From Desulfobacterales bacterium (GTDB lineage: Bacteria > Desulfobacterota > UBA8473), in the NCBI GenBank assembly GCA_016209225.1, contig JACQWO010000025.1:14548-78547 (forward strand): DNA of 64,000 nt, in the 5' to 3' direction. The notes beneath the pieces were generated by a model. That model saw only the letters and a program-made list of their open reading frames with translations, did no database searches and was not told the origin of the DNA. Position 1 is the stretch's first letter. Every line of letters begins with the position of its first letter. Made by a program: the position numbers and the translations under genes. Shown here one piece after another: positions 54,532-64,000 of the stretch.

Positions 54532-57105
54532 CTATCTCTCCCTGGGTGGACTAACCACAGCAAGGGAATACCGATCCAGATCAATGTATTTCCTCGCTAC
54601 CCTTAGAACATCATCAGCCGTTACCTCGGATATCTTTCCCGGATACTCCATAAAATTAGAGAATCCCAGACCATATCTTTCACCAAATGCCATAGTGGAT
54701 GCCTTGGCAGAGTTTGTCTGTAAACCGATCTCGAAACTGCCTAGAAGATATCTCCTTGCTCGTTCTAACTCCGCAGAGTCTATTTTCTCCTCTCTAACCT
54801 TTTTAAGCTCCTTTTTTATGCCATCGATGGCCGTATCTAGTTTTTCAGGGCTGGTACCGATATAAACCCCCATAAAACCAGGATCTATACCATCCTGGAA
54901 GAAAGAGGTGACGGCATACGCCAGACTCAGTTTATCCCGGAGCTCCATAAAGAGCCTTCCTCCCTGTCCTGACAAGACTGTGTTCAGAACTTCCAGAGGG
55001 TACCTATCAGGGCTATATATTGTTGTTCCCAAAAATCCCAGGACAATATGTGCCTGTTTTTTATCCTTGTATGCCTCCACATTTTTGATGGACTCTGGGG
55101 GAACCTCCTTCAAGATTTTTGGGATTTTAAAGTTAGTGGCTGCAAAATCCTGAAAGGACTGTTTCACCTTTTTAATTGTGTCTTCTGCCCTGACATCGCC
55201 TACTATACTTAAAACCAGGTTTTTTGGACTGGCATAAGTTCTATAATAATCTGTCAAATCATCCCTGGCCATATTGATTATGGATTTCCTGTTGCCCAGT
55301 ATATTCATCCCATAAGGGTGATAATTGTATAGAGTTTTGGCAAAGATGTTAAAGGTGTAGGAGGCAAGATTGTCTTCTTGCTGCTTCAGGGCTGCGAGTA
55401 TATCCGCCCTCTCCTTCTCTAATTCATCCTTATCAAAGGTGGGATTGATTATGATGTCTGCGAAGAGTTTTAACCCCCTGTCAAAGAATCTGCTCAAAAT
55501 TTCAGAGGTTAACCCAAAACTGTTCCTGCCTGAAAATCCATGGATACCCCCGGCCATGGATTCAATCCTTTGGGCGATCTCAAGGGCATTATGACCCTTG
55601 GTTCCCTTGGTAATCATCTCTGCTATGAAGTTATTTACCCCGTTCAATTTCTTCTTTTCAAATCGCAGCCCTCCTAAAAAAACTGCTCTCATTGCAACAA
55701 TGGGGGTAGAATGATCTTCCTTAATCAAAAGGGTCATACCGTTTTCCATAGTTATTTTTTCTATCTGTTCTACCCCTTTTGTGCAGGGTTTTGAATAGTG
55801 ATGCCTCAATCTACTCTCTTCTTTTGCGGCGATATCCTTGATTGCGTCTTTGTTTATGTCGTCTCCATCTCCATCAGGCAGTAGAAACACGGCCGTTAGG
55901 TTTTTATTGTTTAGATACCTTTTTGCCACTCTCATAATGTCCTGGCTTTTAACCTTAGATATCAGGCTGATATATTCCTTTTCAAAATCTATGTTCTCTG
56001 CAACTACGTCAAAATGCCCTAATTGTCTGGCCTGCCCCTGGACTGTTTCCTTGCCATATAGAAATTCACTCTCGATATTTAATTTGGCCTTTTCTAATTC
56101 ATCATCGTTTATCTTTTCGGATTTTAATCTATATGTCTCTTCTAATATAGCTGCCAGGGCATCCCTGGATTTCTCCCTTTCCAGTACGCCGGTTATAGCT
56201 AAAAGCCCCGGTTCTCTAGGGATAAAACTATAGGAATATATGGTATATACAAGACCCCGTTGGTCTTTTACCTTCCTGAATAACCGTGAAGAGTCACCAT
56301 TGCCCAGTATAAAGGAGAGGACATCGAGGGCTGGCGTATCTTTGTGGTTGATGCCGGGGATATGGAATGCCGCGCTCATGTAACCTTCCATTACGTTATC
56401 AATCATAACGCTGCTTCTTATGGTTTTCTGAGGCAATTCCTGAACTCTGCTCTGACTGGCTCCTTGATTTGATGTAAAATCTTTAAATGCCAGTTCTATT
56501 TTAGGAGAGATAGCAGTATTGTCAATATCTCCAACTACTATAAGGGTAATATTGCTCGGGGTATACCATCTTTTATAAAAATCCAGAAGATTGTCTCTGG
56601 TGAAACTCTTTAATGTATTTTCGAAACCGATTATAGGGCGACGATATGTATGTAACTTATAACTGGTGGAGAAGAGGGCTTGCGTCAACTTTACCATAGG
56701 CTGGTCCTCGCACCGCTTAATCTCTTCCAGGATTACTTCCTTCTCCTTTTCCAGCTCTATCGCGTCAAAAGAAGGATGCATCACAGCATCGGAGAGTACG
56801 TCAAGCCCCATGTCGAAGAATCTGCTGGCTATTACTATATGATAGACCGTTTCATCAAATGATGTGTAGGCATTGATCTCTCCACCCGATGCCTCTATCT
56901 CATAGGCAATTTCTCCCACTCCCCTCTTCTCTGTACCCTTAAAGAGCATGTGCTCTATTACATGGCAGATACCGGCTTCCTCATCCGTCTCATCACTACT
57001 GCCAACCTTTATCCAGACCTGGATGGCAACTACAGGGGCCGAACGGTTTTCTTTCAAGATAACCGTCATACCGTTTTCCAATTTGGATTTTTGATAATCT
57101 TTCAA
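54532..57105 (-). CDS. M16 family zinc peptidase
   Basis: HVIEHMLFKGT (HxxEH), INAYTSFD, duplicated halves. Confidence 0.93.
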   Translation of the reverse strand: MKDYQKSKLENGMTVILKENRSAPVVAIQVWIKVGSSDETDEEAGICHVIEHMLFKGTEKRGVGEIAYEIEASGGEINAYTSFDETVYHIVIASRFFDMGLDVLSDAVMHPSFDAIELEKEKEVILEEIKRCEDQPMVKLTQALFSTSYKLHTYRRPIIGFENTLKSFTRDNLLDFYKRWYTPSNITLIVVGDIDNTAISPKIELAFKDFTSNQGASQSRVQELPQKTIRSSVMIDNVMEGYMSAAFHIPGINHKDTPALDVLSFILGNGDSSRLFRKVKDQRGLVYTIYSYSFIPREPGLLAITGVLEREKSRDALAAILEETYRLKSEKINDDELEKAKLNIESEFLYGKETVQGQARQLGHFDVVAENIDFEKEYISLISKVKSQDIMRVAKRYLNNKNLTAVFLLPDGDGDDINKDAIKDIAAKEESRLRHHYSKPCTKGVEQIEKITMENGMTLLIKEDHSTPIVAMRAVFLGGLRFEKKKLNGVNNFIAEMITKGTKGHNALEIAQRIESMAGGIHGFSGRNSFGLTSEILSRFFDRGLKLFADIIINPTFDKDELEKERADILAALKQQEDNLASYTFNIFAKTLYNYHPYGMNILGNRKSIINMARDDLTDYYRTYASPKNLVLSIVGDVRAEDTIKKVKQSFQDFAATNFKIPKILKEVPPESIKNVEAYKDKKQAHIVLGFLGTTIYSPDRYPLEVLNTVLSGQGGRLFMELRDKLSLAYAVTSFFQDGIDPGFMGVYIGTSPEKLDTAIDGIKKELKKVREEKIDSAELERARRYLLGSFEIGLQTNSAKASTMAFGERYGLGFSNFMEYPGKISEVTADDVLRVARKYIDLDRYSLAVVSPPRER

Positions 57106-57108
57106 GTT

Positions 57109-57975
57109 CTATAACCTCAACAGTCTTTTGGCGTTCTCACCATATATCTTGTCAATCTCCTCCTTGGAAAGACCGCAGTTCTCTATCTGTTTCCTGTATC
57201 TCCTCTGGTCTATCAGAGGATAGTCAGTGCCAAATAGGATTTTATCGGGACCGATTGTCTTTACCGCAACAGGATATATTTTGTGAGTGTATAAAAATAT
57301 AGACGCTGCAGTATCGTAATAGACCCTTTCTGCAGCCTTTGCTACCTCTGGCATCAATTCATAAAAGAGGAATCCACCTCCCCAGTGGGCCATAATAATA
57401 TCTATGTCAGGATAAGAAAGGATAAAATCATAATACTGCCTGATCTCTGTTTTCGCCTTTCCCACATAGTAATGACCTACGGTCTCATTGGTATGCAGCA
57501 TGATTGGGACATTGAGACCCTTTACAACCTCTACAATCGGACGCATAACCTTTTCGTCATCTATCGCTACCCTGTGAGCCTCTGTAACTATCTCACCAAC
57601 GCCTTTCAAGCCCAATCCAACACACCGCTCAATCTCTTTAATCGTTTTGCCCCTATCCTTTAATTGAATAGAAGCGAAACCTATAAGTCTGTCAGGGTAT
57701 CTCTTAATAGATTCCAGGAGGTAGTCATTCCCATCCCTACAGAGTCCTTGATCTGACCATGTAAACCCACACACTACACTTTTATCCACCCCTGATTGGT
57801 CCATTGCGGCTATCAATTCTTCAGCACCTATCATGCCGGCATTCTTTGATTCTCCCAGCATATTGGACCGCTGTCCGCCAAATAACAAGCGGAAAAGAGG
57901 GTCCTTTTTCCGATACTTATCCAGATTGTTCCTCACCTCTTTGGAGAATATATGGGTATGGAAGTCTATTATCAT
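57109..57975 (-). CDS. Amidohydrolase 2 family protein
   Basis: IIDFHTH, AHWGGG, LFGTDYP. Confidence 0.9.
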   Translation of the reverse strand: MIIDFHTHIFSKEVRNNLDKYRKKDPLFRLLFGGQRSNMLGESKNAGMIGAEELIAAMDQSGVDKSVVCGFTWSDQGLCRDGNDYLLESIKRYPDRLIGFASIQLKDRGKTIKEIERCVGLGLKGVGEIVTEAHRVAIDDEKVMRPIVEVVKGLNVPIMLHTNETVGHYYVGKAKTEIRQYYDFILSYPDIDIIMAHWGGGFLFYELMPEVAKAAERVYYDTAASIFLYTHKIYPVAVKTIGPDKILFGTDYPLIDQRRYRKQIENCGLSKEEIDKIYGENAKRLLRL

Positions 57976-58502
57976 ATACCCCCTCCATCCGGTGATTCTT
58001 CATAGCGGGCCAAAGTGAATATCAAATCTGCCGATCTATTAAGGTATGCCAGTATCTTATCGTTGAGCAAAATATTATCTTCCTTTAACCCTACAGCCCT
58101 CCTTTCTCCCCTTCTGATTATGGTACGGGCCATATCCAAAGAAGCAGAGACCATGGATGCCCCTGGAATGATAAAGCTTTTAGGGAGCTTTACCTTGTCT
58201 TCTATCTCTTCAATAAGGTTTTGCAATTCCTGAACGTCATCTTCTTCAATCTTCTTCTTTAATTTTCCATAATCCTTCGGATCGGTGGCCAGTTCTCCCC
58301 CTATCACAAAGAGCATTTCCTGAACCTTATAGATAATCTCCTTAACTCTCTCATTCTTGGAAAGGGCTCTGGCAAAACCCAGTGTAGAATTGGCCTCGTC
58401 CAGGGTGCCGTAGGTTTCAGGTCTCGGATCGGATTTGCGTATTCTCTGACCATACAGCATACTGGTGTATCCTTCATCGCCTTTTTTATTAAACAGCTTC
58501 AT
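57972..58502 (-). CDS. PduO-type cob(I)alamin adenosyltransferase
   Basis: KGDEGYT, YGTLDEANS, ARTIIRRGER, YLNRSAD. Confidence 0.92.
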   Translation of the reverse strand: MKLFNKKGDEGYTSMLYGQRIRKSDPRPETYGTLDEANSTLGFARALSKNERVKEIIYKVQEMLFVIGGELATDPKDYGKLKKKIEEDDVQELQNLIEEIEDKVKLPKSFIIPGASMVSASLDMARTIIRRGERRAVGLKEDNILLNDKILAYLNRSADLIFTLARYEESPDGGGI

Positions 58503-58582
58503 AAATCCTCCCTATTTTACACTTAAATACGGAAGTCGTAAATCGTAAATCGTGAATGAGTTTTTTATTTTCGACTCACGAC

Positions 58583-59797
58583 TCACGAGTTCTTCCCTTG
58601 CATACTGATCTTTCCATAAACACCATCATACCCTGGTGTAATATCCAATTTTCCTTCTCTTACCTTCATGATTCCCTCTAAGATATTTGGTTGGGTAAGC
58701 CCGACCAGTTCATCCCTGGATATATCTAAGAGGATGTTAAACTCATTTCCCCCCTTTGCTATCATCTTTCCATACTCTCTTCTCACTTTGGCTGTATTTA
58801 CACCGCATCCCAGCACTTCAGCGATAATTTCCTCCAGTGGAACCAGATGCCTGGCAGGGATCGCCCCCTCTGGCACAAAACCCTCAGTGCGATCCGAGAG
58901 GGCCTCTACGCGGTGCATTACCCCGATAGTAAGCCTTTTTTTGCACACCGGACATATATTATCGTTGTTTCTGCTCTCAGATGGAGAAAAGAGAATACCA
59001 CAGTTTCTGTGTCCATCATAGTGATATTTCCCCTCTTCAGGAAAGAATTCAACAGTAAAGAGCAGCTTACTGCGATCCTTTTCTCTCAGACACTTCATGA
59101 TTTGATTATAGTTCAAATCACAATTAAAGACATTTGCCTCCCTGCCTATTTTGGCGGGTGAATGAGCATCGGAGTTGGAAATAAGGGCGATTCTGTCCAA
59201 GGCAGAAAGCCTCCAGTTCATTGCCGGGTCCGAAGATAAGCCGGTTTCAATAGCATGTATATGCTCAGATTGATCCCCGAAACACTCCTCCAGGGAATCA
59301 AAACCTGAGTTAGCCCCGAAGAGAGAGAACCAGGGAGTCCATGCGTGTGCAGGTACTAGAAAACACTCTTCTGATGTATCCAATACCAGCTTGACCAGAT
59401 CTTTGACATGGAATCCGAAGGTGGGTCTGCCGTCGGAACCAAGCTTGCCTCTTCTCCCCAATTTTGCGTTTACCTTCTCCACTACCTCTAAAGTAGGGGC
59501 AAAGATAAGTGTATGAACCTTATGGAGCTTCCCCGCCTGAGAGAAGATATTGCTTACCTCGGCAGTCAAGACAAAGCGAACGTTTTTGCTTCCGTTCTTT
59601 AAGGTTAGAAGGTTACCATCAGAAGGTTCAAGTTTCGTTTTAAGTTCAGCAAAGTATAGGGGATGGGTAAAGTCTCCTGTTCCCAACAGGGTGATTCCCT
59701 TAATCTCTGCCCATTTGCTCAGGGTTTCAACTTCCATATCCTTGCTTGTTGCCCTGCTATATCTGGAATGGACATGGAAATCTGCTATGAATCTCAT
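58583..59797 (-). CDS. Endonuclease Q family PHP-domain protein
   Basis: ADFHVHSRYSRATS, GTGDFTHP, NSDAHS, GKYHYDGHRNC, PGYDGVYG. Confidence 0.9.
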   Translation of the reverse strand: MRFIADFHVHSRYSRATSKDMEVETLSKWAEIKGITLLGTGDFTHPLYFAELKTKLEPSDGNLLTLKNGSKNVRFVLTAEVSNIFSQAGKLHKVHTLIFAPTLEVVEKVNAKLGRRGKLGSDGRPTFGFHVKDLVKLVLDTSEECFLVPAHAWTPWFSLFGANSGFDSLEECFGDQSEHIHAIETGLSSDPAMNWRLSALDRIALISNSDAHSPAKIGREANVFNCDLNYNQIMKCLREKDRSKLLFTVEFFPEEGKYHYDGHRNCGILFSPSESRNNDNICPVCKKRLTIGVMHRVEALSDRTEGFVPEGAIPARHLVPLEEIIAEVLGCGVNTAKVRREYGKMIAKGGNEFNILLDISRDELVGLTQPNILEGIMKVREGKLDITPGYDGVYGKISMQGKNS

Positions 59798-59819
59798 ACA
59801 CCTTTTCCCAGGGTTACTG

Positions 59820-60215
59820 TTATATAATCTTCACCAAAAACTTTCTGTTTCTTGGGCCATCGAACTCGCAGAAGAATACCGACTGCCATGTTCCTAAAAC
59901 CAGCCTTCCGTCCTCTACAATGATAGTTTCGGAAGACCCCACAAGGCTGGCCTTTATATGGGCGTCTGAGTTTCCTTCGGTATGGCGATAGTTATCATCA
60001 AAGGGGATAACCTTTCCAAGCCCCATAATGATATCCCTTGGAACATTGGGATCAGCATTCTCATTTATAGTGACAGCCGCTGTGGTATGGGGAACAAAGA
60101 CACAACAGATTCCATTTCTCACCTTACTTTCAGTAACTGCCTTTTGAATCTGATGGGTAATGTCCAGCATCTCTGTCCGTTGGCCGGTTTTAACTGAAAA
60201 TGTCTGCATTTCCAA
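59820..60215 (-). CDS. YjbQ/UPF0047 family protein
   Basis: PHTTAAVTINEN, HTEGNSDAHIKAS, LGTWQ, EFDGPR. Confidence 0.92.
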   Translation of the reverse strand: MEMQTFSVKTGQRTEMLDITHQIQKAVTESKVRNGICCVFVPHTTAAVTINENADPNVPRDIIMGLGKVIPFDDNYRHTEGNSDAHIKASLVGSSETIIVEDGRLVLGTWQSVFFCEFDGPRNRKFLVKII

Positions 60216-60610
60216 TAATCTCCACTTATTCTACTTTCTGCCATTTAACTCAAGGCTATTTTTCAGCATAACTTTTAGACAAGGGTTAGTCAAACCTTTT
60301 TTGATTGTGTCAAGTTTAACCATATGCATTCTTATACTGCCTGATGTCCAACCCCCCTATATTTTTGGGCTATTTGACTCTTGACATACAAGCCCCTTTC
60401 CACTATATTAATGTCCTTCCTTCTAAGGGAGGAGTTTAAGGGGAATTCAGAAGGGCTTATGAAAAAAATTATTGTTTGAGATTCTTGTTCCCATGCTCTG
60501 CATAGGAATGCAGAGCATCGCTGGTTATTGCAGATGAAAAGCCCCAGATTTTTGTGCAGATGGGAACCAAAAGTGATATAATACAAACAAATTTAAAACT
60601 GGAGTTTATT

Positions 60611-60802
60611 ATGAAGGTGGTTATAGAAGTTGAAAACGAGGAGGAAATAAAGAGGGTTAGAGGGATTCTAAAAGGGGAACATATTACAGTAGTTAAGACA
60701 CGAAAAGAGAGAGATATGATATTGGAAGATATTTTCAATAAGTTTAATATAAGACTGCCTAAAGACTTCAAACTTGACAGGGAAGAATTACATGCAAGAT
60801 AG
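60611..60802 (+). CDS. Small putative antitoxin
   Basis: Ends FKLDREELHAR and overlaps the PIN gene start. Confidence 0.65.
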   Translation: MKVVIEVENEEEIKRVRGILKGEHITVVKTRKERDMILEDIFNKFNIRLPKDFKLDREELHAR

Positions 60803-61156
60803 GGTCTTTATAGATACAAATGTTCTCATCTATTTTATAAGCGATGACATAAAAAAGAAGATAAAGGCAAAAGAAATACTATTTTTAAGAGGCGAACCTG
60901 TCATCAGTTCTCAAGTTATAAGTGAATTTGTTAATGCCTGCCTGACAAAATTATGGATGCTCTGGAATTTTCTTTAATAGAGGAAACCACCATAAAGAAA
61001 TCCCTTCAAATAAAGAAAACCTATAACTACTCCTATTGGGATTGCCTGATAATAGCCTCTGCCTTAGAAAACAACTGCACGATTTTATACACCGAAGATA
61101 TGCAGGATGGACATACCATTGAAAATAGATTAAAGATTGTTAATCCATTTGTTTAA
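60792..61156 (+). pseudogene. PIN/VapC toxin, frameshifted
   Basis: FIDTNVLIY..SSQVISEF in one frame; YWDCLIIASAL..LYTEDMQ in another. Confidence 0.82.
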
Positions 61157-61212
61157 GGTGATTTTGTATGCCTTAACGGGTAATATAGAAATCGCTGTTA
61201 GGAGGCTTATAA

Positions 61213-61425
61213 ATGCCTGTTTTAAAGTATAAGACGTTTGAGGCTGCAGAGAAGAGTCTCTGGAATTTTATGCCTGATGATAATTATTTTAAGATGGTTC
61301 TGTCTTTAAACAACACGATGTTTAAGAAAACAATAGTCAAAGATTTTCCTCACGGCGTTCACAAATATAAATCTCTGAAAGACGCTCAAAAGGACATAGA
61401 AAATTGGCTGATGAAAAGAGCATAG
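61213..61425 (+). CDS. Small hypothetical protein paired with the nucleotidyltransferase
   Basis: AGGAGG RBS; FPHGVHKYKSL. Confidence 0.65.
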   Translation: MPVLKYKTFEAAEKSLWNFMPDDNYFKMVLSLNNTMFKKTIVKDFPHGVHKYKSLKDAQKDIENWLMKRA

Positions 61426-61886
61426 ATGAAATTCTGCTTAATATCTGCAAGGCATTCAATTCCGAAGGCGTTTCATACGTCCTTATTGGCGGATGGGCAG
61501 TAATAATTCACGGATTTCCCCGCCTTACAAACGATATAGATTTTCTGATAGACAGTTCTGAAGAGAATATATCAAAGATAAAACTCGCACTGAATAAGGT
61601 GTTTAATGATAAATCTATTGATGAAATCGGGCTGAAGGATGTCGCTGAATATTCTGTTATAAGATACGTTTCTCCTGATTGGGTAACAATAGACTTAATG
61701 GCGAAGATCGGCGAGGTTGCAGAATATAAGAGCGTAACCGGGCATATAGTTGTATTTGAGATTCTTGGGAATGAGATTCCTGTTTTAGATGTGGAGGCTT
61801 TAATTAAGCTAAAAGATACAGTCAGAGATAAAGACAAAATGGACTTGGGTTTTCTGAAAGAAAAACTCAAAAAGGGAAAAACGTAA
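61404..61886 (+). CDS. Minimal nucleotidyltransferase-family protein
   Basis: YVLIGGWAV..HG.PRLTNDIDF, RDKDKMD. Confidence 0.8.
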   Translation: MADEKSIDEILLNICKAFNSEGVSYVLIGGWAVIIHGFPRLTNDIDFLIDSSEENISKIKLALNKVFNDKSIDEIGLKDVAEYSVIRYVSPDWVTIDLMAKIGEVAEYKSVTGHIVVFEILGNEIPVLDVEALIKLKDTVRDKDKMDLGFLKEKLKKGKT

Positions 61887-61928
61887 TATCAAAAGTTGAT
61901 GCAAACCCCCGAATTAAGGAGGGTGAGA

Positions 61929-64000
61929 ATGAAAATATTCAATAAAATAACCCTGCCGGGAATTTTGATTATTTTTGCAATCCTATTTCTTGCATCATGT
62001 ACGACAACACCTAAACTTAATCTTATTAAAAGCTCCGGGGTTTCCATGGAGTTAACAAAACCAGCATCTTATGTTTTTTCTGTACTTTTTTCTCCAGATG
62101 GCAAATATGCGTTATCAGGAAGTTTGGATAACAACGTCACCATTTGGGACATTAAAACAGGGAACAAAAGCAGAACTTTAAACTTACTATCTGGTGACGT
62201 TCCCGGCGTTTCCGCTCTGTCGATGTCCCATGATGGTAAATATCTGCTTGCCGGGATGAAAGGCGGCGGATGGGTCAAACTGTGGAACGTTGAAACAGGG
62301 AAAGAAATAAGGAGTCTGCCTGGGCATTCTTTTACCGAGGCAATGGAAGCGCTGGCTTTTTCTCCGGACGGCAAGTATGCAGTCACAGGAGGATCATATC
62401 TCATTAAACAGTGGAATGTGACAACAGGAAAAGAGTTGGGAACCATCGAACATGCAACTTTTTTCGAGAGGAACCAGCCTTATGCCATGGCTTTTTCCCC
62501 TGATAGAAGATATGCATTCGCCAAGGGGTTAGCTGGTTTTATCAGTCTTTGGGATATCCAGGCCAGAAAAAGGCTTTGGATCTACGGCGCAAACACCGGG
62601 CACTACCCACGGGGCGGCCTTTTTAACACTTCTGTACAATTTTCCCCTGACGGAGAATATATTCTGTCGGGGGAGGGAGAAAAACTGAAGCTCCGGGATG
62701 CCGCTTCCGGGCAAACCATCAGGACTTTTGTCGATGAAGCTTCCGGCCGAATAGATGCCGTGGCATTTTCCTCCGATGGGAAATATGCCCTTTCAGGTTC
62801 TATGGATGGAAACATAAGACTCTGGGATGTTCAGACAGGAGTAAAGTTAAAGAAATTTGCCGGGCACTCGGACGAGGTATCTTCCGTTGCTTTTTCCCCT
62901 GATGGGAAGTACGTTCTTTCCGGTGGAGACGCATCAACAAGGTTGTGGGATGCATCAACTGGTGCAGAGATAGCAACAATGATGCAATTTGACGAAAGAG
63001 AATGGCTTGTAATCACATCGGAAGGTTATTACAACTCATCTGAGAAGGGCGCACAGTATCTGAATGTTAAATTTGAGGGGAAAGACTACACTGTAGAGCA
63101 ATTTTACGACGTTTTTTACCGCCCAGACATAGTAGCAGCAAAGCTAAGGGGAGAAGACATAAGCGGTTTGATAACTATTACGATGAAAGACGCAATAAAA
63201 AGTCCACCACCTGTTGTTGAGATAAGCCCAGTCACACCATCCCCAACCTCTCCAAAGGCAAAGGTCTGCTATAACATAAAAAGCACAGGAGGAGGCATTG
63301 GAGAGATAAGGCTATTCCATAACGGAAAACTCATAGAATCAGACGGATACTACAAAGAGGCGGCAAAAACATCTGATAAGATGCAATTAGCTTCCCTTAC
63401 AAGCAATAAAATCTATGAAGATATGAGAAGCGTGAAGATTAAAGGTGTTGGTGAAATAAGCCCAATAACAAGCAAAACAAAGGGAGAGGTTTTTGAAGAC
63501 TGCAAAGAGGTGGATGCGATACACGGGGAAAACGAGATAAGTATAACAGCCTTTAACAAAGACAACACAGTGCAGGGCTACATGCAGACAGCAAAATTCA
63601 ACTCAACAATAAAACGAGAAGAACCGCATCTCTACATTCTTTCTGTAGGCATTGATAAATATAATGACAGCACCGTAACGCTCAAATATGCCACTAAAGA
63701 CGCAACCGATATCGAGCAGAAACTACTCAAGCAAACGGCTACAGTGTATAAGCCCCAGAACATTCATTATGAACTCTTGACAGATGATAAAGCCAGTAAA
63801 GGAAGCATCATCAACAAGATCAACGAGCTTTCCCGTGTTGTTAAGCCGAATGACGGTTTTATCTTCTTTGTGGCAGGTCACGGCGTGCTTCTCCAGAGCC
63901 AGTATTACATGCTTACCCATGAGTATAACGGCACGGCCAATGAAAACGCCATGATCAGCTCCAACGAGATAGTGGAGATGTCAAAAAAGATAAAGTCCTT
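61929..64000 (+). CDS. Lipoprotein with WD40 repeats and a caspase-like (peptidase C14) domain, partial
   Basis: Manual translation: lipobox LASC, repeated FSPDGKY...WD units, then LYILSVGIDKY, LKYATKDA, FVAGHG; open to the window end. Confidence 0.88.
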   Translation, partial: MKIFNKITLPGILIIFAILFLASCTTTPKLNLIKSSGVSMELTKPASYVFSVLFSPDGKYALSGSLDNNVTIWDIKTGNKSRTLNLLSGDVPGVSALSMSHDGKYLLAGMKGGGWVKLWNVETGKEIRSLPGHSFTEAMEALAFSPDGKYAVTGGSYLIKQWNVTTGKELGTIEHATFFERNQPYAMAFSPDRRYAFAKGLAGFISLWDIQARKRLWIYGANTGHYPRGGLFNTSVQFSPDGEYILSGEGEKLKLRDAASGQTIRTFVDEASGRIDAVAFSSDGKYALSGSMDGNIRLWDVQTGVKLKKFAGHSDEVSSVAFSPDGKYVLSGGDASTRLWDASTGAEIATMMQFDEREWLVITSEGYYNSSEKGAQYLNVKFEGKDYTVEQFYDVFYRPDIVAAKLRGEDISGLITITMKDAIKSPPPVVEISPVTPSPTSPKAKVCYNIKSTGGGIGEIRLFHNGKLIESDGYYKEAAKTSDKMQLASLTSNKIYEDMRSVKIKGVGEISPITSKTKGEVFEDCKEVDAIHGENEISITAFNKDNTVQGYMQTAKFNSTIKREEPHLYILSVGIDKYNDSTVTLKYATKDATDIEQKLLKQTATVYKPQNIHYELLTDDKASKGSIINKINELSRVVKPNDGFIFFVAGHGVLLQSQYYMLTHEYNGTANENAMISSNEIVEMSKKIKS

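Noticed and set aside
62069..63920. Short minus-strand ORFs near the window end
   Set aside because: Antisense to the open WD40-caspase frame starting at 61929

Overview
A 64-kb segment, probably from an anaerobic Desulfobacterota ('Deltaproteobacteria')-like bacterium (inferred from gene content). Core blocks are acyl-CoA metabolism genes, glnS with tRNA-Gln, an mvhD-metV-metF-split glutamate synthase-two-component operon under an ANTAR-type attenuator, fba, and a peptidase/PduO/EndoQ/YjbQ operon. Two accessory regions interrupt these. Region ~13.8-27.8 kb holds Y1-HUH (RAYT-like) transposase elements with inverted ends, a GC-rich peptidoglycan-processing block between attC-like sites, a toxin-antitoxin-like cassette and a decayed restriction-modification island flanked by a duplicated regulator 3' end. 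Region ~44.4-51.3 kb is an integron cassette array (minus strand) that retains an attI-like site but has no integrase. The most unusual signal is a gene-less 122-129 bp element present in five copies (three complete). Where the junction survives, it sits exactly at the R|TT crossover of an attC site. It consists of its own attC plus a body complementary to both arms of that attC, with compensatory changes between variants, so it appears to be a self-locking or switchable integron mini-cassette. All calls come from reading the sequence by eye; no searches were run.
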